A model generated the notes under the pieces. The model was not told where the DNA came from and did not search any database. It saw only the letters and a program-made list of their open reading frames with translations. Shown piece by piece: positions 59,439-64,000 of a DNA stretch of 64,000 nucleotides. A program made the translations under genes and the position numbers. Position 1 is the stretch's first letter. Each line of letters starts with the position of its first letter. This DNA is from Podarcis vaucheri (Eukaryota): NCBI GenBank assembly GCA_965113315.1, contig OZ220378.1. One strand, 5' to 3'.

Positions 59439-60062
59439 TTTTATTTATACCTCGCCCTCCCCAGCCAAGGCTGGGCTCAGGGCGGCTAACAAGCAATAAT
59501 AAAAACAAGTTGAATGAATACAACTCAAAAACAAGATTAAAATACAACATTAAAATATTGAAACATTAAAATATTAAAATGTAGCCTCATCGCAGGAGGA
59601 GAAAGGAAAAAGAAAGAGGGGGAGGGAATCAAAGTGGCTCCAAGCCAAAGGCCAGGCGGAACAACTCTGTCTTACAGGCCCTGCGGAAAGAAATCAGATC
59701 CTGCAGGGCCCTGGTCTCATGAGACAGACCGTTCCACCAGGCCGGAGCCAGTGTGGAAAAGGCCCTGGCTCTGGTTGATGCTAATCTAACTTCCTTAGGG
59801 CCCGGGACCACTTGTTGTTTAGTCGTGTCCGACTCTTCGTGACCCCCTGGACCAGAGCACGCCAGGCACTCCTGTCTTCCACTGCCTGTGGGACCACTAG
59901 GGTGTTGCTATTTATGGACCTTAAGGTCCTCCGTGGGGCATACGGGGAGAGGCAGTCCCGTGGGTACGAGGGTCCTAGGTCATGAAGGGCTTGAAAGGTC
60001 AAAAGCAGCACCTTAAATCTGAACCTGTACTTCACCGGGAGCCAGTGCAGCTGGAAAAGCAC
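59386..60062 (-). mobile_element. 5'-truncated L2-clade LINE with (TTA)n tail
   Basis: ORF2 C-terminal peptides QLHWLPVKYRFRFKVLLLTF...RTLRS and RARAFSTLAPAWWNGL...FRRACKTELFRLAF; 3' UTR then (AAT)n at 59386-59438. Confidence 0.88.
59813..59889 (-). mobile_element. BovB/RTE LINE 3' end nested within the L2
   Basis: Encodes QAVEDRSAWRALVQGVTKSRTRLN with short CAA tail; 9-bp TSD GGGACCACT at 59804-59812 and 59890-59898. Confidence 0.88.
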
Positions 60063-60859
60063 TGGGAGTTGTAGTCCAGAAACATCTGCATTTACACAGC
60101 TTGGCCACCGCAGTGTAAAGAAACAGGAGTCAGTGGCTGCATAGACACATCATACATTTAAAACATCCAGTGCCCATTTAAAGTCCATGGCTTTCCCTGA
60201 AGAAATCCTGGGAACTGTCTTTTCCCCTCACAGAGCAACAATTCCCAGCACTTAAACTACTAATGTACTCCCAGGATTCTTTGGGGTAGCCATATGTGCT
60301 TTAAATGTGTGGTGTGGATCTGCCATATTCCCCTTGTGCCTGACAGCGTTTTGTTCAGGTGGCACTTAATAAGATCACAGTCAAGAGTTTCCCAACCCTG
60401 TGTAAACAGAAAAAAATCCATGCACTTCCTAAAACAAGGCCACGGCAATGAATCCCTTCAGAAGAATCTTAACATTTTAATTTGTTTGGCATTTTATTTC
60501 CCTGAGCATCCACGGTGTCAGTTTCAGGTTTTGGAGGGCCTTTATTATGAATTGATTGGATTTATATACTGATTTTCTGACAAGGCCCCCAAGGCAGTTT
60601 ACAATTTTAAAACACTAAAGCCAAATAACTTGCATAAAATGTAGAATGACAGACTCCTCTCTCGGGCCAACTGGGAGCCAATGGTGTGTGTTGCTCACTG
60701 GCCTGGGCTTCCTTGCTTCTGCCTCCCCTCAGGGCACACAGGTCCTGGCAGCCCTAGGGAAGGTGGAGGAACAGATGCCTCAACACATCCTTCACGGCCC
60801 TCACTCCCTAAGTGATTCTACATCCTTGCTCCAGAGTAATATTGTCAGTGGTCACAGTA

Positions 60860-61208
60860 AGGTAAAGTGACCCCTGACTTTTAAGTCCAGTTGGGGTTGC
60901 GGCGCTCATTTTGCTCTACAGGCCGAGAAAGCAGGCGTTTGTCCGCAGACAGCTTCCGGGTCATGTGGCCAGCATGACTAAGCCACTTCTGGCAAAACCA
61001 GAGCAGAACACAGAAACACTGTTTACCTTCCCGCCGGAGTGGTACCTATTTATCTACTTGCACTTTGACGTGCTTTCAAACTGCTAGGTTGGCAGGAGCA
61101 GGGACTGAGCAACAGGAGCTCACCCCGTCGCGGGGATTCAAACCACAGACCTTCTGATCAGCAAGCCCTAGGTTCTGTGGCTTAACCCACAGCGCCACCC
61201 GCATCCCT
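60860..61208 (-). mobile_element. Sauria SINE, full length, more diverged subfamily
   Basis: Same architecture with CpG decay; 20-bp TSD TATTGTCAGTGGTCACAGTA at 60840-60859 and 61209-61228. Confidence 0.92.
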
Positions 61209-61484
61209 TATTGTCAGTGGTCACAGTAGATTTCAGCAGATACCTGGCCATGTTGACCCTTGCTGCTGGGCCTGCATCCATGTGATTCTAAACATTTATT
61301 TCACCCAGGCCCTCAGAGTGCTCTAACAAATGTCTACGTTGGGGGCGCTGCCTGCGGGCGCCCCTCCCATCCAATTCTTCACCGTGCGTAGAGATATCAG
61401 CCTCTGGAGTGATATCAGCAAGGCAGTCGTCACTGGAGGGGATCCTCAGGATGCTGAGACACAGTCCAATCTGAAGCAGCTTTC

Positions 61485-63487
61485 CTCCTTGAATGTGGTG
61501 GACCCAAGGGGTGGTGCCAGCGATCTTCACAGCTGTGGGTGTGGAGAGCAGATGGGCCCTTCCAGCACGGTTGCAGTGGTGCCTGGGACCAGTCTTATCC
61601 ACACCTCGTCACTTGGCTCAAACTGGTCACGCAAGGAGTTCGGGCCTGGGTCCACCTGTTGAGAGAGAGAATCTCGAGAGAGTGACTGTACATAGTTACT
61701 CAATTGCACATCTTGGCTAGCATATGGAGTTAACATTCTAACATATGGGACTGGTCTCCCAAACAGAACTTCAAAAGGTGACAAGTGGGTCCGTTTGGAC
61801 GGAAGACTACGGACCCTGAGTAATGCCAAGGGCAACATGGTCACCCAATTAGACCCGGTTTCCTGTGTCAGCTTGGACAGCTGATTCTTTAGAGTCCTGT
61901 TTATTCTTTCCACCTTTCCATAACTCTGGGGTCTATAAGCAGTATGCAGCTTCCAATTGATCTGGAGCGCTTTAGCCAGTCCCTGTAGGACTACATGAAC
62001 GAATGCTGGTCCATTATCAGATCCTATGGACCTTGGCAATCCATAGCGAGGGATGATTTCCTTAAGCAGGCACCTGGTTACTTCAATTGCCTTTTCAGTC
62101 TTTGTTGGCCATGCTTCGACCCATCCGGTGTAGGTGCACACTGCCACCAGCAGGTAGCGATATAGTCCACAACGGGGTAATTCAGTGAAGTCCACAACAA
62201 GATCTTCCATAGGTGCAGTTCCACTGTGCTGAACTCCCAGGGGAGCCAGTGGTCCGGTTCTGGGATTATTCTTTTGACATAGCAGACATTTCCTGGAAAC
62301 CTGGGCTGCCAGTTGATAAAGGTGGGTTATATAGAAGCACTTTGCCAGCTGCTTGGTGGTAGCATCTGGCCCCATGTGGGTTGACTCATGGTATCTCTGA
62401 GTTATCTGCCGAGACAGGGACTCTGGAATCCATAGCCTGTCATCAGGGGTGAGGTACCATCCTTCTTTGGTCAATGTCAGCTCCTGGGCATCTGCAGTGT
62501 CCCTTTCCTGTTGTGTGTAAGCCGGCTTGTCAGCGGTGCTTAAAATTTCTTCTGGGATCAGTGCTCCAATGATCGGAGCTGGGGCCAGTTCCCGGGCTGC
62601 TTCCTTGGCCACTTTGTCTGCCAATCGATTTCCTCTGGCCACTTCCCCTGGTCCAGTTGTGTGTCCATAACAATGGATAACTGCTACTGCTTCGGGCTCC
62701 CATACAGCACCCAGAAGGTTCAATAAGGCTTGTGGGTGGGCCACCTGGCTTCCTCTGGAGGTAAGCAAACCTCTTTCTTTCCATAAGGCTCCATGGGCAT
62801 GTAAAGTCAGGAATGCATACTTAGAATCTGCATAAATGTTTATCTTCTGTCCCTTTGCCAGGCTCAGGGCTCTGGTAAGCGCAGTTAGTTCTGCCAGCTG
62901 GGCCGATGTTCCAGGTGGGAGTGACTTTGCTTCAATCACCTGGTCTTCCAGGGCTACCACTGCATAGCCTGCCTTCCGCTGCCCAGCCTCGTTTGCCTCG
63001 TCTTTGAGATCAGGCCTGCTGGAATATACTTTGTCCATTACTTCAATGCAATCGTGCATCTGCTCCTCACCTTCTCCTACCGGCAACAGGGTAGCTGGGT
63101 TGAGGGCAGTGGTGACTTGGAACTTCAAACGTGGGTGCAACAATAACATCTGACACTTTCTCATCTTTGCTTGGGAGAGAAAATAGGTACCCTTCATGTC
63201 AAGCAGTGCTGGGACTGCGTGTGGAGTCACACAAACAGTGTCTTGACCAAAAGTAAATTTGTCTGCTTTGTTCAGTAGGGTGGCTACTGCCACAATCACT
63301 CTCATACGGGGGGGGGCAACCTCTGTTCTGTTGGGGTTAGCTTCTCTGACAAGTATGCGACAGGTTGCTGCCAATTTTTCAGTTTCTGGCATAAGACTCC
63401 CTTGGCTACCCCTTGGTCTTCATCTATGAACAGGGTAAAAGGCTTCTTGGGGTTTGGATGCCAAGCACTGGGGCTTGTTAGCAATGC
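61485..63487 (-). pseudogene. pol: ERV pol fragment: RT connection, RNase H, integrase
   Basis: KPFTLFIDE..GVAKGVL..PVAYLS; LNPATLLP; TSAQLAEL, YADSKYAF; HHCC; D-D35-E; frameshifted LSTPTAVKIAGTTPWVH tail; frameshift at G9 run 63308-63316. Confidence 0.93.
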
Positions 63488-64000
63488 TTCTGTAGTTAGT
63501 AGTGAGTCCAGGGGATATTGTTCATCATCACAAGTGGGATTATAGGTTTTTAAAAAAAAAATCCCTTCAAACAATTTTACAATCTTTGCTGGATTCTCCT
63601 CAAAAGAGGGGTTCTGATCTCTCCAATTACAGACATCTGCACTTGAAAAGGGTATATGCTGTCTGTGGTGCCTTCGCTTGTCCAGCTGGGACAGGGGCTG
63701 GTGGATCATAAACTCTCCGAAGGGGCATTTCTCCGGCTGCCTGATCCTTCCTGGTTTTCTCATACTGTCTGTGAGACATAACTCTCTTCGCCGCCTGTCC
63801 CACTTACGTTGCCATCTCTTCCTCTTTTCAGGGGTGCAGATTTCTGCTGCCTCAACTAACAAAGGGCTTACATCCAACTCCTTCCTCAAATGGCTTTGCA
63901 AACTCCTCTAGTCTCTTTTTCTGTCTTTCTGTCCACATTTTCTTTCCTTGATTCATATCATCTAGTGTCTTCCTAAACTCTTCGTTATCTTCCTCATCTT
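63488..64000 (-). pseudogene. gag: ERV gag fragment (capsid N-terminal domain, frameshifted)
   Basis: MPLR (alternative frame near 63720) then PFSSADVCNWRDQNPSFEENP...NPTCDD...LDSLLTTE, matching gammaretroviral p30. Confidence 0.85.

Larger units (their letters stand above)
61290..64000 (-). mobile_element. Defective class I (gammaretrovirus-like) endogenous retrovirus, running off the right edge
   Basis: gag capsid motifs, RT connection, RNase H and integrase in retroviral order; no env or 3' LTR recognised; left boundary approximate. Confidence 0.93.

Overview
Vertebrate genomic DNA, very probably from a lacertid lizard, inferred from Sauria SINEs plus squamate-type L2, BovB and hAT/Tc1-mariner MITEs. 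Bases 147-43742 hold coding exons 1-18 of ATP2A2 (SERCA2 calcium pump) on the minus strand; the 3' exons lie off the left edge. All 18 exons were delimited by splice sites and join into one open frame (2741 nt), and intron 12 uses a GC donor. A CpG-island promoter (~43300-45400) carries a GATAAA TATA-like box, an ER-stress element (CCAAT-N9-CCACA), a perfect CRE and GC boxes. The long predicted 5' leader has a single uORF. The predicted protein lacks several mammalian SERCA2a regulatory residues (S38, K585, S663) and has an altered phospholamban-interaction motif. Introns and the upstream region contain many transposons with readable target-site duplications, including a triple-nested MITE/L2/BovB insertion. 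The right end (~61290-64000) is a defective gammaretrovirus-like ERV. In it, the capsid N-terminus is joined in frame to the RT connection domain (PR and RT polymerase deleted), RNase H lacks its first catalytic motif, and the integrase core is intact. I found no evidence of a wholly new gene system; most short ORFs in the track are noise. Comparisons with human SERCA2 and repeat consensus sequences are from recall and need checking by alignment.
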